From NCBI GenBank assembly GCA_030427965.1, contig JAUICD010000001.1, positions 18,625 to 82,624 of the forward strand: a stretch of 64,000 nt of DNA, in the 5' to 3' direction. The DNA is from Bdellovibrionia bacterium. GTDB lineage: Bacteria > Bdellovibrionota > Bdellovibrionia > Bdellovibrionales > JAUICD01. The notes under the pieces are model-generated. The model searched no databases and was not told the DNA's origin. It saw only the letters and a program-made list of their open reading frames with translations. The position numbers were made by a program, and so were the translations under genes. Below, piece by piece: positions 54,535 to 63,829 of the stretch (its first letter is position 1; every line of letters starts with the position of its first letter).

Positions 54535-55473
54535 ATGGATTACAAGCAATTGAGTGGGCGAGAGTTCCCTAGATTTTCTGCGATTAAGACCTTTTTTCGA
54601 TTACCACATGTGGATGTAGATGCTGACTATGAAGTGGGGATTTTTGGAATTCCATACGATGGGGCTGTTTCCTATAGACCTGGGGCGCGATTTGCGCCGT
54701 CTGCCATTCGTGAAGCTTCTTCACTGGGGAGAGGGTTTCATTGGGAAAGAGGACTCAGCTTTCTTGATAAACTCAAAGTTGCCGATATTGGTGATTCTCC
54801 GACAGTACCAATTGACCAAGCCCAAACTTACGAGCGAGTCGAGAAGTTTGTTGGTCATTTGCTTGGAAATGATAAACGCTTTATTGCCGTTGGCGGGGAT
54901 CACTCTTTGACGCTTCCAATTTTACGAGCGGCAAACAAGAAATATGGAAAATTGAGACTTATCCATTTTGACGCCCACTTAGATACATATCCAGCAGCTT
55001 GGGGATGTGAATTTCATCATGGAGCATTTGTCAGGCATGCTGTAAGTGAAAACTTGATCGACCCAAAAGCCAGTTTGCAAATTGGAATTCGTGGCCCACT
55101 AGCTGGTGGTGAAGATTTGGACTTTGTAAAAGATCACGGCATTCAAGTGACCACAGTGGATGATTTGAGGATAGGTGGACTTGAAGCGTTTGTTAAGAGT
55201 CTTCCAAACTTTGAAGGTGATACCCCAACTTATTTGAGTTTTGATATTGATTGCTTAGACCCAAGTTGTGCTCCAGGTACGGGTACGCCAGTTGTTGGTG
55301 GGCTTACGACCTATGAAACTCAAAGAATTTTAAGGTCTTTTAATATAGGAAACCTTGTTGGTGCTGATGTTGTTGAAGTTTCTCCGCCCTTTGATAGTTC
55401 AGATATCACCTCACTTGCTGCGATGGATACGATGTTTGAGCTTCTTTGCCTTATGGCAAGTGGCTCTGATTGA
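54535..55473 (+). CDS. speB: Agmatinase
   Basis: 'VGGDHSLTLPILRA', 'IHFDAHLDTY', 'SFDIDCLDPSCAPGTGTPVVGG' and 'GADVVEVSP'. Confidence 0.85.
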   Translation: MDYKQLSGREFPRFSAIKTFFRLPHVDVDADYEVGIFGIPYDGAVSYRPGARFAPSAIREASSLGRGFHWERGLSFLDKLKVADIGDSPTVPIDQAQTYERVEKFVGHLLGNDKRFIAVGGDHSLTLPILRAANKKYGKLRLIHFDAHLDTYPAAWGCEFHHGAFVRHAVSENLIDPKASLQIGIRGPLAGGEDLDFVKDHGIQVTTVDDLRIGGLEAFVKSLPNFEGDTPTYLSFDIDCLDPSCAPGTGTPVVGGLTTYETQRILRSFNIGNLVGADVVEVSPPFDSSDITSLAAMDTMFELLCLMASGSD

Positions 55474-55573
55474 CAGTGGATCTATATTTTTTTCACTTAG
55501 AACAGGTGAAATGGAGAAGTTTGGCTAAATCAGTTAAACTTCTTTTTCTAAATTAGAGTTCTTTGGAGTAAAT

Positions 55574-56506
55574 ATGGCGCGAAGTTTGTTTGTGTTTCTT
55601 TTTGTTTTTTCAACCTTTTCAACAGCTTATTCTGATGGGTATTACGGTCGATTTTGGCGCGGTGAAGAGAAGAAAGCATATCCTGAGCTTCGTGAGCATT
55701 GCGATGATAGAACCACAGACTGCTTTGTTGAATTGATCAATCGGTGGTTGATCCCTGCCACTCCAAGCTATGCAGCCAAAGAGGCTCTTGTGGCCTATGC
55801 CCCGGTTCTTCTCCCAAGACAATTGAAAGAGAAATATCAAGATGAAGTGGCTTTGATTCTTTATGACTCTAAAGAGAGTTACCATCGACTCCGAAGTGAC
55901 AGCGAAAATATAGAAGGTTCTACGTATGGTCCAATCCACGGAGATATATTTGAGTCGGGTGAAGAGTGCTCTATGGCATCTAGTCGAAGCCTTGTTCCAA
56001 GAGAGTTTGATGATGAATTGAATTTAGGAATTGGGGGCAAAAAATGCATGAACCTTCAAGAGGTGAGTTATGACTTACTAGGTGAGAGAAATGATCTTAT
56101 CAGAAGCTATGGGACTTTTATCTTAATTGAAAGAACAACTGAAAGTGTCGAGGTTTTTCAAGAACGTGTATTGGGTGTTTTAAATGACGTTCATAGTTTG
56201 AAAAACTCAAGAGCAAGAGAGCGAGGCTATAGAACTCGATATTTAACAGGGGCCTATGTTCTTGTGACTGAGGACTATATGATGGCGTATATGTTTTCTG
56301 ATACCACTCTTGGTCAGGCGTGGGTCCGAAATCGAATAAAAGAACAAAATTTAACTGTTTCTTGGCAGGTGTTATTGAAGGAAATTGAAGCAACCAGGAC
56401 GAATCCGCTTCTATATGAGAGAATTGAAACTGGAGAAGGTGCAAATCTTCAGTTTGAACCCGGTGTAAAACCAGGGACAGTGGATCACTACCGTCTACAT
56501 CAATAG
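55574..56506 (+). CDS. Secreted hypothetical protein
   Basis: Signal peptide 'MARSLFVFLFVFSTFSTAYS/DG'. 310 aa, no recognised motif. Confidence 0.5.
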   Translation: MARSLFVFLFVFSTFSTAYSDGYYGRFWRGEEKKAYPELREHCDDRTTDCFVELINRWLIPATPSYAAKEALVAYAPVLLPRQLKEKYQDEVALILYDSKESYHRLRSDSENIEGSTYGPIHGDIFESGEECSMASSRSLVPREFDDELNLGIGGKKCMNLQEVSYDLLGERNDLIRSYGTFILIERTTESVEVFQERVLGVLNDVHSLKNSRARERGYRTRYLTGAYVLVTEDYMMAYMFSDTTLGQAWVRNRIKEQNLTVSWQVLLKEIEATRTNPLLYERIETGEGANLQFEPGVKPGTVDHYRLHQ

Positions 56507-56529
56507 GTGGCTAAGAAGAGGCTCATACA

Positions 56530-56586
56530 AATAGTGTTGATGCGAAGCTTATGATTCATGATCAACACTATTGTGGGTCGTTTTTT
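56530..56586 (+). terminator. Stem-loop (12-bp perfect stem) followed by T-run
   Basis: AATAGTGTTGAT (56530-56541) pairs with ATCAACACTATT (56561-56572) across a 19-nt loop. TTTTTT follows at 56581-56586. It sits between convergent genes. Confidence 0.5.
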
Positions 56587-56597
56587 ATTTGGAGGGA

Positions 56598-57242
56598 TTA
56601 GAAAGAAAGTCCAACCAAAAGTTTTCCATAGAGGCCGCTTAAATCAATTTCTTTAAACGCATCATCGTTTGTTAAGTGAGAGTCTCCGTCTTTCAGTCCT
56701 TCAAATGACCAATGCATGTATCCCACCTCGGCTCCAACTAAAAATAACCCTAAGCTGACTCCACCTTCAATGCCCAAAGAGTAACTGGTAGCTCTGTAGC
56801 TATCCACTTCGAGGTCAAAGTCAATGCCGCCGGATTCGCCGTCCACCTTGAATTCCAATGAGTGATAAAGACCAAGTGTTGCAATTGGGCCCAAAAAGAA
56901 AAACATATCTAGTATGCGGTAGTTCACAAGAAGTGAAAGTCTTGAGGTCGAGAAGCTAAACTCAATGTCTTCAGATTCTTGATCTGGAATTCCGATCCAC
57001 TCGTATCTTGCGCCAACACCAATTGGAACAAAGGGTAAAGTGAAAATTCCATCTCCACCAATCGTGTACATGGAATTGATTTCTTCAAAGTCGGCTTCGT
57101 CACCGAGATCGCCGCCAGCTAAGTAATCATTGAGGCTTCCGGGGTTGATAGAGTGATATGTCACGTTGGCGCGAAGTTCAAATATAGCATTTGCTGGTTC
57201 AGCGAACGCAAAGAGTGCTAGTAAACTGAATATGGCTTTCAT
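56598..57242 (-). CDS. Outer-membrane beta-barrel protein (small, OmpA-N/OmpW-like class)
   Basis: Signal peptide 'LLALFAFAEPANA/IF'. It has an alternating hydrophobic pattern, Gly/Tyr-rich strands, and the C-terminal 'LLVGLSF' ending in Phe. Confidence 0.65.
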   Translation of the reverse strand: MKAIFSLLALFAFAEPANAIFELRANVTYHSINPGSLNDYLAGGDLGDEADFEEINSMYTIGGDGIFTLPFVPIGVGARYEWIGIPDQESEDIEFSFSTSRLSLLVNYRILDMFFFLGPIATLGLYHSLEFKVDGESGGIDFDLEVDSYRATSYSLGIEGGVSLGLFLVGAEVGYMHWSFEGLKDGDSHLTNDDAFKEIDLSGLYGKLLVGLSF

Positions 57243-57271
57243 GGTATTCTCCTCTTTAAATCTAAAATTTG

Positions 57272-59917
57272 TTAAACCCCTAAAAGGGATTCGATTTTTT
57301 CAACTGCAGTTTTGAGATTATTTAAACTTGGAGCAGCCCCTTGGGCAAAATCTGGTCGCCCCCCACCTTTTCCACCCAGCTCACTAGCAAAATTCTTTAG
57401 AATTTGTCCGGCTTTAAATTTGGCAGTGAGATCTTTTGTAACTGAAACTAAAATCGGATGTGATTTCTCACCACGTCCAACTACGACAATCACTCCGCTT
57501 TGGACTTTGTCTCTCAATTTGTCAGTGGATTCACTTAAAATATTTCTATCATCCGCATCCAGTTGGGCGAGTACAAACCTTCCGCCTTCAAATGATTTGG
57601 CATTTTCAATAAAAGAACTCAGATCTAGATTTTGAGATTTCATTTTTTGAATTTCTTTCTGAAGTTCTCGGACTTCCGATTTTTGATTTTCAATCCACTG
57701 AGGCAAGATATTTTTTGATTCAAAAACCTGTGTCCAGTTTTCCTGAATTCCTGCAGCCTGTTTGGCTGAGATGTCTTCTCGTGTGGATTTTAGTAGATAC
57801 TCTACAGCACGTTCACCAGTGAGCGCCTCGATACGTCTCACGCCAGCACTTACACTTCCTTCGGCAACAATTTTTAATACTCGGATTTGACTCGTATTCT
57901 GAACATGGGTTCCACCACAAAGTTCGGTTGAAAATTCCCCCATTTGAATCACCCGAACTTTATCGCCGTACTTTTCTCCAAAGAGTGCCATTGCCCCATT
58001 TTTGATGGCATCGTCATAGCTCATGGTATCTGAGTTGACAGGAGTGGATTTTGAAATCTCCTGATTGACGATGTCCTCAATTGTTTCAATGTCCTTGGGG
58101 GATAGAGACCCTGTGTGTGTAAAATCAAATCGAAGCCTATCTGATTCAACAAGTGAACCTGCTTGGGTCACGTGATCGCCGAGGTACTTTCTTAAAGCGG
58201 CGTGAAGTAAATGTGTGGCGGAGTGATTGTTTGCTGTTTCACGGCGTGAGGATTCATTGACTGAAAGTGAGAGTGTCTCTCCAATCTTAATTTGGCCAGC
58301 TTCAATTAAAAGAGTGTGAACATGAACATCGCCAACTTTTGTGCAGTTCACCACTTTTCCAGAAGCTGTTTCAGATTTAAATTCACCGATGTCACCAGCT
58401 TGCCCACCGCTTTCGGCGTAGAATGGAGTTTCTGGAGAGACCATAAAAATGGTTTGCCCTTGTCTTGCAGAATCTATTGCTGCTTTACCATCACTGAGAA
58501 GTTGAATTTCAGATTCACCAATAAGTGAATTATAGCCCACAAATTTGGTTGCAGAAATGGTCTTGGTCCATTCGAGCATGTGAGACTCATCATGTGTGAG
58601 ATGTGCTCCTTTCCAAGAGGCCTGTGAGCGCTTCTTTGCTTTTGCCATCTCTTTTTCGAATTCTTTGATATCAACTTTGATGTTCTGCTCATTTGCCATA
58701 AGCTCTGTGAGATCAATTGGAAACCCAAATGTATCATAGAGTTTAAATGCGACATTTCCTGGTAAGGTGCGTTCTTTTCCGACTTTTTTAAGTTCTGTGT
58801 TTAGAATCTCAGTTCCCTGATCCAGTGTTTGCACAAAGCGCTCTTCTTCACTTTTTGCAGTTTTTAAAATGAGACTCTTTTGTTGATTGAGTTCATCGAA
58901 AGTTCCACCCATGTTGTGGATTACAGCTTCAACCAGTTTTGGAAAAATGGAGTGATTGGTAGAGATTTTTCTTCCGTAACGAATCGCGCGTCGGATAATT
59001 CGTCTTAAAACATATCCGCGCCCGTCATTTGCGGGGAGAACTCCGTCTCCAATAAGAAATGCTGTGGATCTGGCATGATCGCTCAGCACTCTCATAGCTG
59101 AAAGTATCTCAGGGCTTTTCTTAGGAGAGACTCCTGTAATTTTGGCAGTTTCCTCAATGAGGTATGTGAAAAGGTCAGTTTCGTAGTTGTTTTCCGTTTC
59201 TTGCATCACAGCCGTGAGGCGTTCAAGACCTGCGCCAGTATCAATGCTTGGTTTTGGAAGTGGTGTTTGTTTTCCGTTTTCATCCTCATAAAATTGCATG
59301 AAAACGAGGTTCCAGATTTCAATAAAGCGATCGCCCTCTCCACCCATAACGTTTTTACCAGTGGCAGGTCCGACTTTTTCACCGTGGTCATAAAAAATTT
59401 CACTACAAGGTCCACAAGGTCCAGTTTCGCCCATTCGCCAAAAGTTGTCTTTTTCTCCAAAGCGAAAGATTTTTTCTTTCGGGATACCTTCTTGCTTTTC
59501 CCAAATTTCAGCAGCCTCATCGTCATTTTCAAATACTGTCACATAGAGTTTTTCTTCTGGAAGACCGAGGGTTTTTGTCAAAAACTCCCAAGCAAAGTGA
59601 ATGGCATCTTTTTTAAAGTAATCCCCAAATGAAAAGTTACCAAGCATTTCAAAAAAGGTATGGTGACGAGCTGTGAAGCCAACATTGTCGAGATCATTGT
59701 GCTTTCCACCAGCTCGAACACACTTTTGTGAAGAGACAGCACGATTGTAATCTCGTTCTTCAAGACCAAGAAAGGTATTCTTAAACTGATTCATCCCTGC
59801 ATTTGTAAAAAGAAGCGTGTCATCTCCAATTGGAACAAGAGATGAGCTTTTGACAGAAGTGTGCCCTTTGTCTTTGAAGTACTCGATAAAAGCGCGTCGA
59901 ATTTCATAACTCTTCAT
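57272..59917 (-). CDS. alaS: Alanine--tRNA ligase
   Basis: 881 aa. 'FTNAGMNQFK', 'RHHTFFEMLGNFSFGDYFK', editing-domain 'HSATHLLHAALR', and C-terminal 'GGKGGGRPDFAQG'. Confidence 0.97.
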   Translation of the reverse strand: MKSYEIRRAFIEYFKDKGHTSVKSSSLVPIGDDTLLFTNAGMNQFKNTFLGLEERDYNRAVSSQKCVRAGGKHNDLDNVGFTARHHTFFEMLGNFSFGDYFKKDAIHFAWEFLTKTLGLPEEKLYVTVFENDDEAAEIWEKQEGIPKEKIFRFGEKDNFWRMGETGPCGPCSEIFYDHGEKVGPATGKNVMGGEGDRFIEIWNLVFMQFYEDENGKQTPLPKPSIDTGAGLERLTAVMQETENNYETDLFTYLIEETAKITGVSPKKSPEILSAMRVLSDHARSTAFLIGDGVLPANDGRGYVLRRIIRRAIRYGRKISTNHSIFPKLVEAVIHNMGGTFDELNQQKSLILKTAKSEEERFVQTLDQGTEILNTELKKVGKERTLPGNVAFKLYDTFGFPIDLTELMANEQNIKVDIKEFEKEMAKAKKRSQASWKGAHLTHDESHMLEWTKTISATKFVGYNSLIGESEIQLLSDGKAAIDSARQGQTIFMVSPETPFYAESGGQAGDIGEFKSETASGKVVNCTKVGDVHVHTLLIEAGQIKIGETLSLSVNESSRRETANNHSATHLLHAALRKYLGDHVTQAGSLVESDRLRFDFTHTGSLSPKDIETIEDIVNQEISKSTPVNSDTMSYDDAIKNGAMALFGEKYGDKVRVIQMGEFSTELCGGTHVQNTSQIRVLKIVAEGSVSAGVRRIEALTGERAVEYLLKSTREDISAKQAAGIQENWTQVFESKNILPQWIENQKSEVRELQKEIQKMKSQNLDLSSFIENAKSFEGGRFVLAQLDADDRNILSESTDKLRDKVQSGVIVVVGRGEKSHPILVSVTKDLTAKFKAGQILKNFASELGGKGGGRPDFAQGAAPSLNNLKTAVEKIESLLGV

Positions 59918-60338
59918 GGCTCACCTTTCGAGCAATATTCTTCTCATAGCCTCGGTTGACAAGGTATCGAAAAATTTTCTTCTTTTGATCAAAGTCAAAC
60001 GGAGGTTTGAGCCCGAGTTTGTTCTCAACAATATCTTTGCCCTTTTCAAGTTCACGTGATTCCTCTATTCCAACTCCGGGGAGCCCCTTGAGGGAGAGGT
60101 ACCGCCGAATGTAGTTTTTCCCTTTTCCCTTGGCGTGAAGTTGCTCGGCTACCTTTTCAGCAAGCTCTTCAGGGGGGAGGAGCCATCTGTTTTCATGGGC
60201 GGCTTCTATGGCACGATCCACTTCTTGGGCGTTGTACTTACGGCGAAGCTTCTCCCTCAGTTCTTTGACCGAGTGATCTCGCTGCGCCAAGTACCGCATG
60301 AGGGAATTGAGAGCTGAAAAGTAGTTTTCCTCTGACAT
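59904..60338 (-). CDS. recX: RecA regulator RecX
   Basis: 'ALNSLMRYLAQRDHSVKELREKLRRK' and a three-repeat helical pattern. 144 aa. It overlaps the alaS start by 14 nt. Confidence 0.75.
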   Translation of the reverse strand: MSEENYFSALNSLMRYLAQRDHSVKELREKLRRKYNAQEVDRAIEAAHENRWLLPPEELAEKVAEQLHAKGKGKNYIRRYLSLKGLPGVGIEESRELEKGKDIVENKLGLKPPFDFDQKKKIFRYLVNRGYEKNIARKVSHEEL

Positions 60339-60369
60339 CTCTTTGAATCTAACAAATCTGATTCATGTT

Positions 60370-60388
60370 GCACAGCAAAGTGCTGTGC
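60370..60388. promoter_or_regulatory. Perfect 8-bp GC-rich palindrome/hairpin GCACAGCA-aag-TGCTGTGC
   Basis: Read directly. It lies 32 nt upstream of the recX start codon and ~105 nt upstream of pgpA, in the divergent intergenic region. Confidence 0.4.
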
Positions 60389-60492
60389 TCGGTGTGACGC
60401 GCGGGATTAGTGCTATCTATTGAGTCGAGCTTCGTCAAAAACAATGAGATGAATTGTCAACGAGACCCTAAATCAAGAAGTAGGCAGGTAGA

Positions 60493-60954
60493 GTGAAAAG
60501 AGTCATCGAAGTTATTGCAACAGGATTTTATTTTGGGCGCGCGCCAGTGGCGCCAGGTACGTTTGGAACTTTAGTGGGAATTCCTCTAGTTTACCTATTT
60601 CTATTTTTGGGGCCTATGGGGTATTTGATTGCGTCAGTTTTATTTGTCATATTCTCCATCGTAATTGCAGAGCTTCACGAGAGAAAATTAGGACATCATG
60701 ATGCCAAAGAGATTGTGATTGATGAAGTGGCGGGATTTGTCGTTGCGATGGCTTGGATTCCCTTTGAGTGGTCATGGGTGATTTTGGCATTTTTGTTGTT
60801 TCGATTTTTTGATGCAATAAAACCCTTTCCGATTTCAGTTCTAGATAAAAAAGTGGGAGGTGGCTTTGGTGTTGTTGTAGACGACATTGCGGCTGGGATA
60901 ATTGTAAATTTGATTCTTCAAGTGGTTTATCAAAAAGGTCTCCTTCCAATATGA
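60493..60954 (+). CDS. pgpA: Phosphatidylglycerophosphatase A
   Basis: 'APGTFGTLVGIP', 'VIDEVAG' and 'FRFFDAIKPFP'. GTG start. Confidence 0.85.
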   Translation: MKRVIEVIATGFYFGRAPVAPGTFGTLVGIPLVYLFLFLGPMGYLIASVLFVIFSIVIAELHERKLGHHDAKEIVIDEVAGFVVAMAWIPFEWSWVILAFLLFRFFDAIKPFPISVLDKKVGGGFGVVVDDIAAGIIVNLILQVVYQKGLLPI

Positions 60955-61427
60955 GAGTTATATCCGAAGATTTACTTTCTGAACTGAAAAAGAGAGGGCA
61001 AACCATCGGTTTTGCTGAGAGTTGTACAGGTGGAAAAATTTCGGGGGAGTTTGTAAATATCCCTGGTGTTTCTGAAGTCTACAAAGGCTCAGTTGTCAGT
61101 TATGCTGATGAAGTGAAGGCACAGCTCTTGGGAGTTCAACCTCAAACGCTTAAAGCCTTTGGTGCTGTGAGTGAAGAGGTGGCTCGTGAAATGGCCCAAG
61201 GTGCTCGTGTTGCGCTCAATGTGGATTGGGGTATTTCGGTTACCGGAATTGCAGGTCCGTCAGGGGGGACAGAGGAAAAGCCAGTTGGCACTGTCTGGTT
61301 TGGTGTCATTGGCCCGGGATTTGAAAAGGTAGAGGCTTGCAAGTTTGACGGAGACCGTGATGAAATTCGAAAGCAGAGTGTCGAGAAAGCGCTTCAACTG
61401 GCGTTAAACGCTGCCAGAGAGTTTTAA
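60951..61427 (+). CDS. CinA C-terminal domain protein / nicotinamide-nucleotide amidohydrolase PncC-like
   Basis: 'FAESCTGG', 'VVSYADEVK', 'SVTGIAGPSGG' and 'GTVWFG'. Confidence 0.85.
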   Translation: MRVISEDLLSELKKRGQTIGFAESCTGGKISGEFVNIPGVSEVYKGSVVSYADEVKAQLLGVQPQTLKAFGAVSEEVAREMAQGARVALNVDWGISVTGIAGPSGGTEEKPVGTVWFGVIGPGFEKVEACKFDGDRDEIRKQSVEKALQLALNAAREF

Positions 61428-61569
61428 AAAATAACACGTCGAAACATGTGTCAAATTTAGTCTGGGGCTGCGCGAATAAAGTTGCGCTTTTCCGCTCCCC
61501 TGGTAGCTTTTACCGTGGTGAGTGACAGGTCTGTTACGAACCAACATCAGCCAATCAAAAGGAGTAAGA

Positions 61570-62676
61570 ATGCAAACATCGCAAGCGGGCAACGAAAAGA
61601 AGAAGGCATTGGATTTGGCCATTGCTAATATTGAAAAACAGTTTGGAAAAGGCTCAATTATGAAGCTTGGAGGCGATCAAAGCCTTTATGATAATATCCC
61701 AGTGATCTCGACAGGCTCTTTGGCTTTGGATATTGGTTTGGGAATTGGGGGAGTTCCAAGGGGTCGTATTGTTGAAATTTACGGTCCAGAAAGTTCGGGT
61801 AAAACAACTCTTGCTCTTTCAACAGTGGCTCAATGCCAAAAAGCTGGTGGAGTGGCAGCCTTTGTAGATGCTGAGCATGCTCTTGATGTGACTTACGCAA
61901 GAAAACTGGGAGTCAATACAGAGGATCTTTTGATCTCTCAGCCAGATACGGGTGAACAGGCTTTAGAAATCACAGAAACTTTGGTGCGTTCGGGAGCTGT
62001 AGATATTTTGGTTGTAGATTCGGTTGCGGCTCTTACCCCAAGAGCTGAGATTGAAGGTGATATGGGCGATAGCCACATGGGTCTTCAGGCGCGTTTGATG
62101 TCTCAGGCTTTAAGAAAATTAACGGCTGCTATTAACAGAAGTCATACAACTGTAATTTTCATCAACCAGATCCGAATGAAAATTGGTGTAATGTTTGGTA
62201 ACCCCGAGACAACAACTGGTGGAAATGCATTGAAGTTCTACTCTTCTGTTCGTTTGGATGTTCGCCGAATTGGTGCGATCAAGAATGGTGATGAAATCAC
62301 AGGTAATCGAACGGCTGTAAAAGTTGTGAAGAACAAAATGGCACCTCCATTTGCAAAGATTGAATTTGACCTGATGTACGGAGAGGGTATCTCTCAGGAA
62401 GCAGACATTTTAGATTTAGCTGTTTCTAAAGACATCGTGGATAAAGCAGGAGCTTGGTACAGTTACAACGGTGAAAGAGTGGGACAGGGTCGTGAGGCTG
62501 CAAAAGCATATCTCAAAGAAAACCCAGATCTTAAAACCGAATTGCGTGAGAAGCTTTTGGATATTTATGGAGTCATAAAGAAAAAGGCAGACGCTGTGGC
62601 ACCAAAAGCATCTGAGGCAAGTTCAGAAAAAGTGGCTTTAGAAAAAGAGGTCAAAAAGACACGCAAGAAACACTAA
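61570..62676 (+). CDS. recA: Recombinase RecA (with Lys-rich C-terminal tail)
   Basis: AAGGAG lies 6 nt upstream of ATG 61570. '[20 protein letters not shown]', Walker A 'GPESSGKTT', and 'VVDSVAAL'. The ORF track start at 61522 is an upstream extension. Confidence 0.97.
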   Translation: MQTSQAGNEKKKALDLAIANIEKQFGKGSIMKLGGDQSLYDNIPVISTGSLALDIGLGIGGVPRGRIVEIYGPESSGKTTLALSTVAQCQKAGGVAAFVDAEHALDVTYARKLGVNTEDLLISQPDTGEQALEITETLVRSGAVDILVVDSVAALTPRAEIEGDMGDSHMGLQARLMSQALRKLTAAINRSHTTVIFINQIRMKIGVMFGNPETTTGGNALKFYSSVRLDVRRIGAIKNGDEITGNRTAVKVVKNKMAPPFAKIEFDLMYGEGISQEADILDLAVSKDIVDKAGAWYSYNGERVGQGREAAKAYLKENPDLKTELREKLLDIYGVIKKKADAVAPKASEASSEKVALEKEVKKTRKKH

Positions 62677-62734
62677 AAGGAGCCGTGTTATTTTTTGTCT
62701 TACATAGTGTTAAATGTGAGTTAAAATTAAGATT

Positions 62735-62765
62735 AAAAAAAGCGGACTTCAGGTCCGCTTTTTTG
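62735..62765 (+). terminator. Rho-independent (bidirectional-type) terminator after recA
   Basis: A-run, then the stem GCGGAC-ttcag-GTCCGC, then a T-run. The A and T runs can extend the stem. Confidence 0.8.
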
Positions 62766-63018
62766 TATATGAAGCTTCATCCAGTTGCCCCTAGATTTGC
62801 TATTAGAAACCTGAATCCACAAAATCATAGTTAATCACTTTGATTTTTTAACCCATCCACTTCAAACAGTATGTTCGGATACGCTTCGTTAAACCTTAAG
62901 AAGGTGATTCCTCTATTAGAGTTGGAGGTATTGTTGTAAGGATGAGCGATGATTCTTTCGTATCCGACATGAAGTTGCTTCTTGTCGCCAAGAACGGTTT
63001 GTTTAGAACGAATTACGC

Positions 63019-63672
63019 TTAGGGAGTCAATTGGGTGTCAAAAAGACAGGATGTGCTGTCTTTGATGGCCCCGTCACTTTCGTATAGATCATCCTTGATG
63101 AAACCAAGAGTGATGTGAGGGAAAAAATGATCGGGATCAAAAGCGTCTGGGTTTCCGCCTCGCCTACGAAAAACCTGATGAATCCTTCTTCTTATTTGAA
63201 GTAGGTCTTCTGAGTGAACAACCAAGTAGTATGTCTGTTCCTCATTTGAAATTCCAAAGTTTCCAAGGCATATCACTTCAAATTGGGAAGATTGTATTCT
63301 GAAGTTTTTTGCTAGGACGTTGATCTCTCCAATCGACACAAACTCTTTGAGCACGTCAAAATATTCAAGTGGCGTAATCACTGTAATATGTGCTTCGCCT
63401 CGATTTTTTAGAGGGCTAGGAACTTGGGATTCCAGCTGCTCAAAAATTCCTTTTGTAATGGAGTAATTGATGGTCATAGCGAGGTAAGAACCAAATCTAC
63501 CCGGTTCAGTATGGGCAATGAACTGTTCATTTTTGGCATCTAGAAGAGTAATTGGAATTTTAATTGCCGGGATTAAACTTAAGGGAGTGGCTAGAGAGAC
63601 AATAGATACAAAAAGAAGTATTGCGCTAACTATAAGTAAAGATTTGGGTCTAGGTGACATCATCAAATGCAC
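63019..63672 (-). CDS. 2H-phosphoesterase-superfamily-like protein with N-terminal signal/anchor
   Basis: There are two H-x-T-x motifs, 'EAHITVIT' and 'FPHITLGF', separated by ~100 aa. The N-terminal hydrophobic segment is 'LLIVSAILLFVSIVSLA'. Confidence 0.5.
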   Translation of the reverse strand: MHLMMSPRPKSLLIVSAILLFVSIVSLATPLSLIPAIKIPITLLDAKNEQFIAHTEPGRFGSYLAMTINYSITKGIFEQLESQVPSPLKNRGEAHITVITPLEYFDVLKEFVSIGEINVLAKNFRIQSSQFEVICLGNFGISNEEQTYYLVVHSEDLLQIRRRIHQVFRRRGGNPDAFDPDHFFPHITLGFIKDDLYESDGAIKDSTSCLFDTQLTP

Positions 63673-63829
63673 CGTGCTATGTTTTCATAGGGATGTCGAA
63701 AAGAAATCATTATAAATGAAATGTTTTTAGGGTTGGACTGTTATTTAAATTGCACTTAACTGAGAATGAGTGTGCTTTATATTCAATGTAATGAATTTGA
63801 GGAAACTCTAGAGTCTTAGGGGTAAGAAA

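Noticed and set aside
61522-61569. Upstream extension of recA, with the ORF track start at 61522.
   Set aside because: ATG 61570 has an AAGGAG Shine-Dalgarno 6 nt upstream and gives the conserved RecA N-terminus.
61428-61569. Search for an SOS/LexA box upstream of recA (CTGT-N8-ACAG, GAAC-N4-GTTC, TTAC-N3-GTAA types).
   Set aside because: I found only partial resemblances ('CGAAACATGTGTC', 'TTACCGTGGTG'). None is a proper palindrome, so no call can be supported.
62770-63018. A 250-bp gap downstream of the recA terminator that might hold a small gene or sRNA. It has 21-26-aa ORFs on both strands.
   Set aside because: The ORFs are too short and featureless. I saw no convincing structure or promoter, so it is left unannotated.
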